From Bispira polyomma (lineage: Eukaryota): a stretch of DNA of 64,000 nt. The position numbers were made by a program, and so were the translations under genes. Under the pieces are notes generated by a model. That model did not search any database and was not told where the DNA came from. It saw nothing but the letters and a program-made list of their open reading frames with translations. Each line of letters opens with the position of its first letter. Positions within the stretch are counted from its first letter, which is position 1. The stretch is taken from positions 21,328,001 to 21,392,000 of the forward strand of contig OZ287758.1 in NCBI GenBank assembly GCA_965649765.1, written 5' to 3'. Of the stretch, positions 48,979-62,196 are shown in pieces.

Positions 48979-51900
48979 ATGGGCTCCTCTATACCATTCT
49001 CAGTAATTGTATTGTTGGCACTTGTTCCGGACAGCTTACAACATGGTAGACTGCTCATGCCTCCTAGTAGAGCATCCGCCTGGAGATATGGCTATGACGT
49101 GCCCGTGAATATCGATGACAATGAGCTGAACTGTGGTGGATACTCGGTAAGAAAGTTATATGGCGTCAGGTGGTTTATCAGAAAGTAATCATCACAGATG
49201 TATAATGAGTGGCTAAAATGGTGAATACATTTCCCTCATTTTTAATTAAATTGGAAAATATTTTTTAAAACTATCTGTGTAGAGTCAAATTTTTTATCTG
49301 GCGATCCATGTAACCCATCTAATGACTTTCAAAGCTGCTATCTCTCAACAGTCCTCCCACCTTGCTGCCCGTCTTTCCTTGAGCAAACTTAAGAGGGGAA
49401 AATTACTTTCTGTCTCCACTGTAAAACCTACAAGATGGCAGGACGCAGGGCTTTCGCTGTTGCTACCCCTTTTTATGGAATAGTCTCATAGCTTAGATCA
49501 CGTGAAACACTTTCTGGGTTCAGGAGAAAGCTTAAAACCTATCTTGTCAAACTCGCTTATCCCCCTAGTTTCCTCCATGTACAGCTCACGTCCTTTTGGA
49601 CCTTTTGTATTGAATCTTTTGTTGTGCTTTAGAAGATGCCTTGACTTAATACATAACGATCATGCACGTTAAAAATGAAAAATACAATACAATGGAATAT
49701 ATGTAATTTACATCTCCTTACAAATCTTTAGTCAGCACATTGTTAATATTAGTTAATGCTGGTATTATTACTCGTATTATTCAGAAAATCTACATGCCAA
49801 ATGCAAACAGTGGTTTAAACAAGTCTTCTGTCAAGTCAGCTTCTGCATATTGTAATTTAATATTTACTACTACAAAAGCTTAGTAGACTGTAGAAAATTA
49901 TATCTAGTACATTTATAATCCTACTTTGTAGCTTACAACCCTCTTCAGGAGGAGTGATGACATATGACGTTAGCCAGCTTACTTTAACCAATTCAAATAG
50001 GTGTTGCACAATTAGCGATAAACATGTCAAATAAACTGTAGAAATAAACGTGTTTTCAGCACCAGTGGATTACCCATGATGGCAAATGTGGCGAGTGTGG
50101 TGATCCTTGGGATGGACCCAGAGATCATCAAGTGGGCGGACCTTATGCCACAGGCACTATCACAGGGACTTATAACACAGGCCAGGTAAACAGGAAGTAC
50201 TGGTAGTCTGTATATTATGTTAAGGTTTTGTTTGAATAAATTAAGGTAGCTTAATTTTAATGGCACTTCTCACGATGGTTGGACGAAATGAAAGCAGGGT
50301 AGTTGGTCAAGGTTTTCTGCTCTGCAAACCGCTGGCTTTCAGAGGCAAGTCGATTCAACTCCTCCACCTAGGCCCCTATTATTAATATAATAATAATAGC
50401 ATCAAGCAATAACATTTAAGAACTGTAAATGTAAAAATGTAAATTCCAGGTTTATAATCTGATATCACCACTCTTGAGGTCTCAGCCGACTTTACACGTT
50501 TCACCCCCAGCCTGGGTTATTTTACTTTTCAACCAATTGTTCAGTCTAAGCTCCCTCAGGCAGCATACTAGCTGTCCGACAAACTAACCATTAGGCCACA
50601 GAGACCACAATTCAAACCTTTGAGAGCATTCTCTCAAACCTGTCTTATATTTGGCATAAAGCAATAAATGTGTGATTTGTTGCATTTAAAAAGCCCAAAA
50701 CAAACATATTCGAATATTATATATTTGTGATGCATTTGTCATTAATCTCAGTCTAATTTCATACACATGGATAAGTGTGGTTTCTCGAAAGCAATCCACC
50801 AATTTAGAAATAACATGACGTGACAACAACTTTGATACATACTGGCCCACAGTTTCCTGCGATTTTTACACTTAGGTTTTGCTTTACAATTCATTGCTCT
50901 CATGTTCTACAGAACGGCCACAGTTATGTAGAGGTAACGCTGTTGCTTCCATCGGTGCTGTCTGGGTTAGAATATCAGCTACAGCATGCATGTGGTAGAG
51001 TTCATAGCATATTTGCTGGAGACTAGTAGTTGACAGTACAAAAATTCTGATCAGTAATTGTTCACCTGTACCGCTTCCTGCTACTAGTCGTAATTTAGTA
51101 TGCAATTATGCTATGTGCACTATACCGGGAATGTGTGGACAACGTAGATGTGAATATAATACTTTACAATTGTGCTTTGTAAGATCAGTGAGAAAAATCA
51201 ATACTTCTATGCATATAGTTGTTGTGTTTATCTGGACTATGAGGCCTTGGCCTTTTAGCTCATATATAATGTGGTGAACATTTAGAGGACTAAAGTGCTG
51301 TCGAATACATGGTGGAATCAGTGATCCGAATCCACACTTCTGCCTAGCCAAACGAGTTGTTTATTTGAGCTACAGGTTTAGAGAGCTAGAGACAGTTCTC
51401 CTTTGTATTCTACTTTGTATATAGATGTGAAAAGAATCATCTACAAGTGTGCTTTACAAGATCAGTGAAATCAATACTTCTATTTGTATAGTTGCTGTGT
51501 TTATCTGGGCTATGACACCTTGACCTTTTAGCTCATACAAAACATGGTGAGCTAAAGGGCTGTATGATCACATGCTACATATGTTTAGTCCATAACTACA
51601 GAAACATTGTCAGTGTGGCTTACTGGGTGACACACCCAATAATACAAAAAATACATGACCACTTTAAACGGCAGCCCTCTGAAATTATTTATAAACCCCA
51701 GTAAGAAACTAAACAAATGAAGACATTGATGAATAATCTCCCCGAAGCCAATAATACAAAAAATTGCGTTCACTTCGTACTGTGGTGGCCTGAAGTACCT
51801 GCTTCACAATCGCTGGTTTCTCACCAATGTACAAATAGTAACAAACTTCTGGTTGTTTTTATTCTCACACTATTCCCAATAAAAATGTTAATGACTAATT

Positions 51901-54900
51901 ACTGTCGTATTGTTTTCATATTTCATGATATAGTATGTATTTCTGATAAAACTAGACTTCATATTTCTTGTTTTAGCAAATATTATGAAATTACATTTTC
52001 TTAATCTACAGACAATAGATGTTTTGGTGCAAATCACAGCTCAACATTATGGCTGGTATGAATTTCGTCTTTGTGCAGTCAATGACAAGGATGTGTAAGT
52101 TATAAAGGCTGATGTTTTCTTTTTATGTTTTTCTATAACATCTAAATCATAGGAAATGGCAGTGGAGGACACGAGTTCAATTCTTGCCTGAGGAGCTCAG
52201 GTTTATACAGATACACAGTGTCTGGCACTTTAAGCCCTCTGTAATTAGGTCTAACCCCCACTGGAAAGCTAACATAGATTAAAGACATTGATCAATAATC
52301 AACCCAAGCCCTCTGTCTAAGAATTGTAGAAACATTTTTACTGGGTGAATTTAGTATATGTGTGTTAATGGTAACGATAAAAGAACTTTCGACAGTGAAA
52401 AAATCCAGCATGTGTGTACTTGTTGGATGATTTGTACCAACTCTGATTATTGCCACTGATCAGATATAGCATGGACAGTTTAATTGTTACAAAATCATTG
52501 TGAGGTAATGTTGGTATTGTGTTTTTTATGTTGGATCAATACCTGTTTCATGTTGCAATTGTGTGATCGTTTTAATTGCATTGCCTCTGGACCAACCCCC
52601 GAGGCAAATAGTCCACTGTCACTGACACAATATCATATACTACATCAGACCTTTTACTTTAAGCTTGTCAACATCTGAATATATTGTATGACACACTCCA
52701 TGTTTTTATTTTACAGGACTGTGACGTGGGAGTGTCTAAATCAAAATAAGCTTCACTTCGCTGACGGCACCACCCGTTACTACATTCCAGATGGTGTGGG
52801 AGTTGCCAATACTTCCTTGAGCCTTGAGATCCCTACTGGGATGACATGTTCTCAGTGTGTACTGCAATGGATGTGGCACTGTGGTAAGTTGGACCTTTGA
52901 TTGAGGACAGAAAAAGATTCATATTTATGTAGGCTGTGCACCAGTCAAGACATGGTAGACACCAAGAATGAAGAGTAGGGGATGTCTGTTTGAAATATTT
53001 TGGGGCCTCAGAAATAGCGATCACCGGGCTTCAGAGTAAGCACAGACAACAGGATGGATTATGCGACACATATTGACATAATTACTATGATGATAGGATT
53101 AAATACACAATTTACAATTAAAAATGCATACTTCATGTTAAACACATATTATCAGACATATTTGTACAAGAACATGTATTGGTAAGTGGGAATATACACC
53201 TCCTCAGCTGGGCCACCATCATTAGGCATCTTTATTAAACTATTTTATACATTCTTTCATTATTTGTACAATTGCTTTCCTTTTTTACCCAAAGGCTAAT
53301 ATCTGATTGCTTGAAATTACAGTACTATATGTTACAGTATTAGATAATTGTGGCTTTAACATCACTCAAAAGACATTACCAGAATAATCTATATAATAAT
53401 CACTAGGTTTTATTATTTGCATCAGCCACTGTTGTCTTATGTAAAACACCTTTGTTTATTTCATATCAAGGTGGGCTATTCACTAGTGCTAGGTTTTGTG
53501 CTCTACAAACTACAATCCTTTGGCAATTATATGCCAACTTTCTGAGATACATACCACGGAATAGATTATAAATCTACAACTGCGGATGTTGGAGGCGATT
53601 TTAAACTGAAAATAATCTCATCGAATTGTGTGATCTACCATGTAATGGGTACTCTTATTCAATTTGTGTGCACTTTTATTACATTTTACTTACTATACCC
53701 CTTATTATCATACCAAATACAAGACAATATTATATATCTTAATATATAAATCTCTACCTCTAGGTAACAGCTGGAATACATTTCCCAATGGAACTGCCTG
53801 TACAGGATGTGGACCCCAGGAACAGTTCTATGGCTGTGCCGATATCACCATTTTGGGGAATGGGGAAACGGTTCCTACCACTGCATCTGTAAGTTTGACA
53901 AGTAAGGAAAACAAAAGTGGAGTTATGAGCATATACATGTACTGTTTTAAAAAACTGACTCTTGAAACCCTTAATTATGTCCTACATATTGTTGAGCCAA
54001 TTACTCTTGCATCCCAAACAATTGTAGCGTAAAATATGTACTGATGCATAATCGAGGATATAATCAGTAGAAAAAAATAGTAGCCACAAGTATAATTGTC
54101 AAAGACATTACATAACATGATTGACAGTTTTAGGCATTGCATATAATGACTTACTTCACATATTGACTGTAACATCATCACCGATGAATCAGTTCAAACT
54201 AATTAACGAACATTAGGTGTGAGTATAACCTCCTTGATGGAAGTAATGACGATGCTAGGCTGGGGAGGCTTTTGGATTTTCATCATGTGTAGCAATAGAT
54301 CATTAGCTGATTATATATAATGTAAAGTCATTTTTTTAAGTATGGCTTTCAACATATCTAATATCAATCCCAATGGCCTGTTCACTGATGAACGAAATCC
54401 AAGCAGGATTGTTGGTCATGGTTTCCTGCACGACAATTCACTGGCCTTCTACAAGTCTACTTCCAACTTTCCCACATACATGGCGGACCGAAAATTACAC
54501 CCACGACTGCACAGGTGTAAGCAGCACCTTAGAGGATTCCATAATCAGTTTGGCTATGTAAACATGCCGGGACCAGAAAAAAAAAATTTTTTTATAAAAG
54601 TTTACACATAGCAGGAGTCACTAAAACACACACCACAGACTACAACCGGTATTCAATAATGGCCTCAGTTTCCTAAGTGAGTATGAGTTGACACTGAGGT
54701 AAGTGGTAGGTCAAATGTGAATACTATTTTGTTTGGAGAAGTTTATTCTATACAGGTAGGTAAAAGTACTTTAAAATTTAATTTGTAAAATTTTAAAATA
54801 TTCCCATAACATGACTATTATGTGAAACAATACTGTGAGTAGGACTAGACTGCACCACATGAAATAATACAATTCATAAATGTATATAAAATAAATCCCT

Positions 54901-56784
54901 GTGATATAACTAAGAATAAATTTCGCCACATCAGAGTAAAATAAAGAGGTAGTATATGGTGTATCCACCAAAGCCACTCCACGGTTGAAACCCGGGTCCT
55001 ACGGCACCTAGTCGCCTAGCAGTGAAGGTTCCCAACTGCAGAGCTGAATTCCCCGGTAGCCCACACCAGGGGAAAGATGCAGCTGGGGACCAGCACCACA
55101 CGGATCTGGGTTCGAACCACCGGCAGTGGCCCGCTAGTTACATACGTATACCAATTCAACCACAAAATACATGTAAAGTAGATAAAAGTGAGTAAAATAA
55201 CATATAAAGTAAGTAAACTTGAGGTGAGTAGGGGAAGGAAGGTGGGAATTTAAAATTTCTTGATGTTTACTGTTGAATTACTTAATTCAATATGGTGGAA
55301 AGGGGGATAAATAAGTCAAAGCAGAGAGGGCCCCTAATTGGGTGCCACAAAGGGATAGAAAGATGAAAGGAGCGGATACCTAAACTAATTAAGGTAGTGT
55401 TAAATAAGAAGGAGGGGTTTTAGGAACTGAACTATTAGACCCCTGTTGGGTCATGATGTGCACACGTATAATTTTTTAAATGGGAAAGTCTGCTGTACTA
55501 ACAATTTACTTGGCTGAGGAACTGAGGGAAAATAGAATAGTATTTTGGGGTGTCGATGGTTTGCCGACAAACATAGGGTTTGAGTTTGAATTTTGATGTT
55601 TAACGTCCACTCTAGTACCTTTTAGTTAGGTTATATTGGAACGGATAGTTAGAACACTGGAGGAAACACTGCATACAGTTGATCAACATATGGGAGTAAC
55701 ATATGATGTCTACTGCTAGCCGCCAACATTGGAGTCAAAAGGAGTAAACCATGACAATTGATAAAAAAGGTTTATTTCTAGACTATCCCCACATCTACAG
55801 AGTCTACCACAACGACGACAACGAGCACCACCGCAACTACCACTACTACTACTACTACTGCACCAGGATCTACAACTTCTTCATCCACTGGTGGAGAGTA
55901 AGTAGATCCAGAATTACTAAGGAGCAAGATGTTCTTGTTTCTAAGTGCATGTATATTTGTCTATCCTATGGAACATTCCTAACATCTCATTAAATTATAC
56001 CTAGAATATTTTTAACATGTCATTAAACTTTACATTGATAACTTTGTTATTGAATGTGATGTCCACTATATTTAAAAAGCGTACACTAAATTAATGTCAT
56101 AAAAAGAACCATATAAGGAATGAGATATCAAATATAGTTATACAAACTGTAATTGCAGTAGTTTAGGCTCCTTGTCCTTGGAGCCTCGGTTAATGTACTC
56201 TATTTTTACTGACAGAACACTAATGGGTCCTAAGCTATACTGACGATCAATAATATGGTATTTCGATAAGCTTACATTGATATTTATATAATTCATAAAT
56301 AGTTTATACTAAAGCCAAAAAATACCGGCTATAGAGAAAGTAGAAAATACAGTAATTCCGGTGTTTCAACTTATATTACACAAATATGTCCAACAAATAA
56401 AAAAATTCATATTGAAAGACAAGAACCACCATTGTTGACTATGTAATCAGACATGACATCAAATCAAATTACTTACTTTACTCAGCAATAATATGAAAAA
56501 GATCACCTCTTCTGATTCAATTGAACTTTTTTTGCATTAAGTCTATACTTTTGGATATTAAAGTGTCACTTACTGAATCTATTCAAGTACATATGCCAAT
56601 GGGAATTAATGTAGAGTAAGAAATGATAATACCTATTCATGGTCAATGTCTTTCTTTCTGTAGCTGTGTGTGGGTAGGTGGTTCAGATGGAGATGATGAA
56701 TGGTGCCAGGAAAGCTGCAACCATGTTCCTCCGCACTGTCCATCAGACAAGTGTGACTGCGATGGAGCTCTGCATCTGGGTTAG
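48979..56784 (+). CDS. AA15-type LPMO paralog 4, 301 aa; join(48979-49146,50060-50185,52012-52094,52717-52883,53764-53888,55782-55897,56664-56784)
   Basis: HGRLLMPPSRASAWRYG, ITAQHYGWYEFRLC, GNSW...GCGPQEQFYGCADI, Thr linker, and CVWVGGSDGDDEWCQESCNHVPPHCPSDKCDC. Confidence 0.92.
51145..51550. repeat. Diverged direct repeat (~130 bp, two copies ~276 bp apart) in LPMO4 intron 2
   Basis: AAGATCAGTGA...ATCAATACTTCTAT...GTGTTTATCTGG...CCTTTTAGCTCATA at ~51181 and ~51458. Confidence 0.7.
54666..55462 (-). mobile_element. ORF-less A-spacer-B derivative of a third YR retrotransposon family, in LPMO4 intron 5
   Basis: The minus strand starts TGCACATCATGACCCAACAGGGGTCTAATAGTTCAGTTCC (A start), then CCAATTAGGGG, CCCACCTTCCTTCCCCTA (spacer start), the structured motif and CTAGTCCT. 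It ends in a B-like tract (TTTTAAAATT...ACCTACCTGTATAG...TTAGGAAACTG). Confidence 0.82.
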
Positions 56785-57399
56785 AATACAGAACCAGTCT
56801 GCATTGTCAAGGACTGAAGATCAATGGACATCTGTGAAGATTGGGACTGCAACATATTTTGTTGGAAATAGTATTTTGTGGCCACAAATTATTTTTCGTT
56901 CTTGCGGATTTGTTGAAAATTTAGAATGATTTTCTTTATACTAGATTACAGGGTGGTTAGGTAATTTTAACAATAATCAATTTCACAAGTATATTTTAAC
57001 ATGCATTGTATTGAGTCTCTTAAAAGTGGTGGATTTGTTGACATATTATTTTAGTAATTACTAATAAGAATATTTGTGGGTTTCATTTGAGAAATAAAGG
57101 CCATTTTTTATTCCACACAAAAACAGGCATATATAAGTTTCACATAATATTATGAAACCTTTTTCTTCACCACACTTTTTGGTGTGGCACACACTCAAAC
57201 AAACGTGTAAAAATGTTAATTATGTGATACAAGTTACAATGGTGCTTATGTCACATTTGTGTATTGTCAAATTTGTTCCTTACAACATTACATTTGTTAA
57301 ATTATCAGACACTTTTGTCTACTATTTCGTGCCTATTTCATGCCAGAATTAGTGTTCCAGACTAGCCCAGCCTTTACTGCACACTCCCAACAAGTGGCT

Positions 57400-58520
57400 T
57401 GTTTTTCGTCCAGTTACAGACATGGAAAAATCAGGAGTAAAAACCTATGACCTAGACACAGGACCAATTTTCCTATTAATTGAATATCTCAATATTCTCA
57501 TCAAACTCAAGTTTAAGTGGCGTTTCTTCTTACTAACATAAAAGTTGTGTGTGTCATTTAACCGCTTAAGAAGCCTGCCCTCCACAATGCAATAGTGAAA
57601 ATATAGTGTACCTAACCTTAATTTCGGAAAATAATTGAGAGAGTTGCAGCAACTCAACTAACATATTACCCACTCTGGACAAACTAACAAGTATCAATCA
57701 GCTTACAAATCTATCCAGTCAACAGAGAGTGCACTGCGCTACATTTAAATTAAGCCGTAATTCATATGGCAAAAGGGTAGGTATATGCATTCAACTTTCT
57801 ATATCTTTGAAAGACGTTTAATACTAGTAATCATTAAATCATATAATCAAGACTTGAACCATTGTTCGGAATTACTGGTGCCACATTCACCTTATTTCAA
57901 ACCCTAAGCGGCTTCACAATAATCTGTCATTTGTCCTTTACTGTTTTTACTTTAAACTACTCTCCATTATTCCACAAGTAACACCCACAAGAGTGTTAGA
58001 TTCCACTTATATGCAGATGACACAACTATATGTATTTAACTCCAATAATTTCTTTTCTGGAACTTGAAATGCTTCATTAATACACAATCTTAGATATTTC
58101 AAAAGAGGCTGAAGGTTAATCCAGACAAAACAGAGGTTATGGTTTTTGTTGACATCTGACAGTGTGGTCTTTCCATGTCAGGCTCCTGCACAACGAGGGT
58201 ACTGCGGATGATACTGCTAGAAAAATGACTGTGAATTTTGATGCTAGAATGTCTCTCTCGGTAAATATTCCTTATGCCTGTAAATCAGCATAGTACTATG
58301 TGAATGATTTTTACCACATATTGGATGTTCCAACTGTTTACCAACTATTGTTACTCACGATTGTAAGGTGTATCACTATTTCATCTGATCAGACTCAAAT
58401 CTGTCCAAAATTATTTTGTAGAATAATCATGACATCCCTTAGGTTTTCAACATCATCTGCGCAAATAACAATCGTACACTGACTTACAATCTGACAAACA
58501 ATAACCTAAAAGACTGCATA
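57400..58520 (+). mobile_element. Highly degenerate L2/CR1-like LINE RT fragment
   Basis: Remnants YQSAYKS..STESAL, FHLYADDTQLY and LKVNPDKTEV. Confidence 0.65.
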
Positions 58521-60029
58521 TTATTACGCCGTCCTCTGGATATCAGAATCAGTTCGCCCAAAGACTCTATTTGCTCTTTTTCAACCAAGCTTTCAGTGAA
58601 TCTACCACCGAGGATATCATACCATTTTCTGGTGACTCTCGTTTATCCAACCACTGCAATTCTACAAACAGAAATGGCAGAAAATACCAGCAAAGAATAG
58701 TAGCATACCATTTGTCTTGATCTTGAAGTTTTATACCCAGGCAAAGTTATCGTGTTGTTATTGTACCTACAGCATACTATTGTAGTAAAATTCTTTTATA
58801 AAACATCTTCACCTATTTCAGACTTCTTAAATAAATTAGACCTGTGACTTATGTTAAATTATAATTATAATTCCCATTATAATTAGTATTATCAGGATTT
58901 ACCAAAAAATGTTTGCTTTACTGGAATATTTGTATCAATCATATATAGTCATAATATGTTAAATTTACAGAGAAGCTCTTTTTTATGTTTTTCAATTACG
59001 ACTAAAAAAGTACAGACAAAACCTGAAAGATAAATAAATAAATTGTAAAAATATGAAAGTGTCCTTTAAGTTATTAAATTAAAAAGATTCAACATTATTT
59101 ATGTTTATAGGCGTAAAAAAGGAATGATATTATGTGTTTACCTATTTTACCTATCATTTTATTAACACGCCTTACATTTTGTCCATCCATGCGTGCAACA
59201 GGAATCAGATGTACTTTTTGATCTTTTTAAACTTATTTTGCACATGTGTCTTATTTGGTCAAAATCCAATTAACCAAATCCGCATCAGTTTGCTTGCCGC
59301 CAATTTATACTCAAAGTTCAGTATCACTTAGCAATTAATTGACTAAATAAAGATCCACACTCCTATCAATGTCGGTTTAATAACATGGAACGCATTGTGA
59401 CATTCAGCTATTTTTATTTGCAATTAAAATATGCAGTTTCAAGACTATTCAGGAAACACCTCATGTGGGTTGTCACTTGCGCCAGCGGTTTTTAGAAATA
59501 TCTGTACACATCAAACTGTGGTATCTATCACACTGTATATCATTTTTTATGGCAATAGCCTGTCAACTGTGTCTTTGATTTGCAGGATAATTAGTGTACA
59601 TTGCACGCGTCCTGGCTGTATTGATAGTTCACAGGCGTGATGCAATGAAAATGTCCTGTGAACATGACAAATGACAGAAGTAGGTAGTTATAAAATCACA
59701 AGTTAAGGGTGCCTTTAACAATACTTTTGAAAAGCTACCAAAACCCTTCGTGTTTTTATTGTTTTGTTTTAAAAATAAAGTTATATTTTTGGACAATAAA
59801 CTTGTTGCATTTCATCATTAAGAAAAACAAAGAATAGCAGGCTTGCAAATACCATATATGTTGTCCATAAATTAAGGACTTCGGAGGACACAACATTTTC
59901 TCTGATGAATACCTGTTACAATGCGTAATTATGATAGTATTCAATTCCCAAACATCGCTATTCTATCAACAATAAACAATGTAATATACAAAAAATCTGT
60001 GCACATGCGCTGTGGTGACTGGTTTTGCA

Positions 60030-60037
60030 TATAAAAG
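60030..60037 (+). promoter_or_regulatory. TATA box of the Gly/His-rich gene
   Basis: GCATATAAAAGGG about 95 bp upstream of ATG 60127. Confidence 0.55.
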
Positions 60038-60126
60038 GGTAGCTGGTAGTCTGTCTCCTCAGTACAAATACAAGAGTATACATACACACACATACGTGTA
60101 CACTGCAGTTGTAACCACAAAACAAC

Positions 60127-62196
60127 ATGGATACCAAACTTCTGGTTTTGTTCTCACTTGCTGTAGTGATCTCTTCAGGAATGTAAGTTTTGTAATGATT
60201 CTGGATAACACTTTTAAAAATTATTTTGTATATTTATTGGGATAATGGAAGAAGTCACTATTTTAGAATAGCATAATAGATACTTAAACCATAAAAACGT
60301 TAGAAATGTTTATCAATCAATAATTTATGCTGATGACATATATTTTGATTCTGTTAAATATTTATTCAAATATTTTAGCAGACATCACCAGTTTATAGTT
60401 TTAGAAGTATAGAGTTTTGGCATTGTAAATTAAAAATAAAATAGTGGTATATAAAATATCTCTATATATTTTACTCGAAAGTCTTAATATCAGCATGTGC
60501 TTGGGCTAGCAAGTGTTTTAAAGTACATTAGATTTGTTTCTTTTAAAACTTTTGATGTCGAAATTACCACAGGGTAATTAATCAAAAATTTTCAACAATG
60601 TAAATAGCTGGCCTTCAGCAAGTCTACTATAACCCATGATAGCAGTAGTGTGAAGAGTTCTGAATGGTAAATTTAAACCATGATTATTCCAGGGCTGAGT
60701 TCCATGGACACGGGGGCAAAGGCTATGGCGGTCATGACAACTACGGACAAAAAGGATATGGTGGACATCAGGATAAGAGCTATGGAGAGAAGAGCTATGG
60801 CCAGAAAAGTTACGGACATAAGAGCTATGGTCATGAGAGTTATGGACAGAAAGCTAACAGGTTCGAGTCTTTCTTTATTTACTACAATCTGGCAGAGCAA
60901 AATTTGTAAAACATTTTAAAAGATTTTTTTTTTATTCTAAACACCTAATTTGTGGGTTACTTATCTTTGTTATATTCATTCTAAGAACAATAGTTTTTAA
61001 AGATTTTTAGGATGATTTTTTTACCCTTTCTCTTTTTATTGTTTGGAAGTAAGTAGAATAATGGAAGTGCTCACATACAAATTATTACATTTTTATTCAA
61101 CTTGTATGAAGAATTGCAATTGGAAAAAATATATGCATATTTATATTAATAACTGACAATATAACTGACAATTTGTTAAATTACAAAGCAAAGATAGTTG
61201 ATGCAATGTTTATAACAGTGAGGAGGTGGATCCACTCTCACTGCCTCCTACATGTGGGAACATTTACCATTGGTAAAGCGAATTGTCCTGGTTTGCTTCA
61301 GTAAGAAATATTGCCATAACAATATGACAAAAGATATGATATATAACTAAATGTATTCCCCACCTAAATTATGTAAATACTATTAAAGAATGTATATATA
61401 ACTCTAAGCAATGTATATATTGTGTTTATATTTTAAATATCGTTTAATTGTATATACAACCAGTGTTAATATTGTCAGCTTAAAAAACTGTCCATTTCGA
61501 TCTATCACAGTTGTTTACTTTTGTAACAATATACTCGGAGCACTGGGCAGCTATAATGAATTTTAACATTTTTTGCCCCAAATCATTAACCAAGAGTACA
61601 TTGAAAATAATTATTAACACATTACTGTAAACACTTGTGGAAGCTAGTGTATATTATCAATTATTTTGGATAGTACAAACATAAAAGGGAAAAACTATTT
61701 ATCTTGCGCTTCAAAAAGTTATGTCATAGTATATTTTGTTTAAAATATTTATTTGTTGACCTCCTAAACTGCATTATTATAGACACACTTATAAGCCTCC
61801 AATTATTGTTACATTTCTCTCTGTTTCAGTCATGGGGGCCAAGGTGGTTATGGAGGTAAAAGCTATGGTGGTCACGCTTCCCATGGTAACCAAGGAGGTT
61901 ATGGCAGTGTTCATGGAGGTTCCCATGGTGGTCATCGAGGAGGTTTTGGCGGTAACCATGGAGGCTATGGTGGTTTTGGTGGTGGTCATGGAGGTTCCCA
62001 TGGTGGTCGCCATGGAGGCTTTGGTGGTTTCCATGGAGGATTTGGAGGTCTTGGAGGTGGCCGTGGATTTGGACATGGAGGCCATGGTGGATTTGGTGGA
62101 CATGGTGGCTTTGGTGGACATGGTGCTCATGGTGCTCATGGTGGATTCGGTGGTGCACATAGCGGCCGTGGTGGATTTGGTGGCTTTGGATATTAA
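60127..62196 (+). CDS. Secreted Gly/His/Tyr/Phe-rich low-complexity protein, 196 aa; join(60127-60182,60693-60860,61830-62196)
   Basis: Signal peptide MDTKLLVLFSLAVVISSGMA. Exon 2 has KSYG repeats; exon 3 has GGHGGF repeats ending GGFGGFGY*. Two phase-2 GT-AG introns; AATAAA at 62316. Confidence 0.88.
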
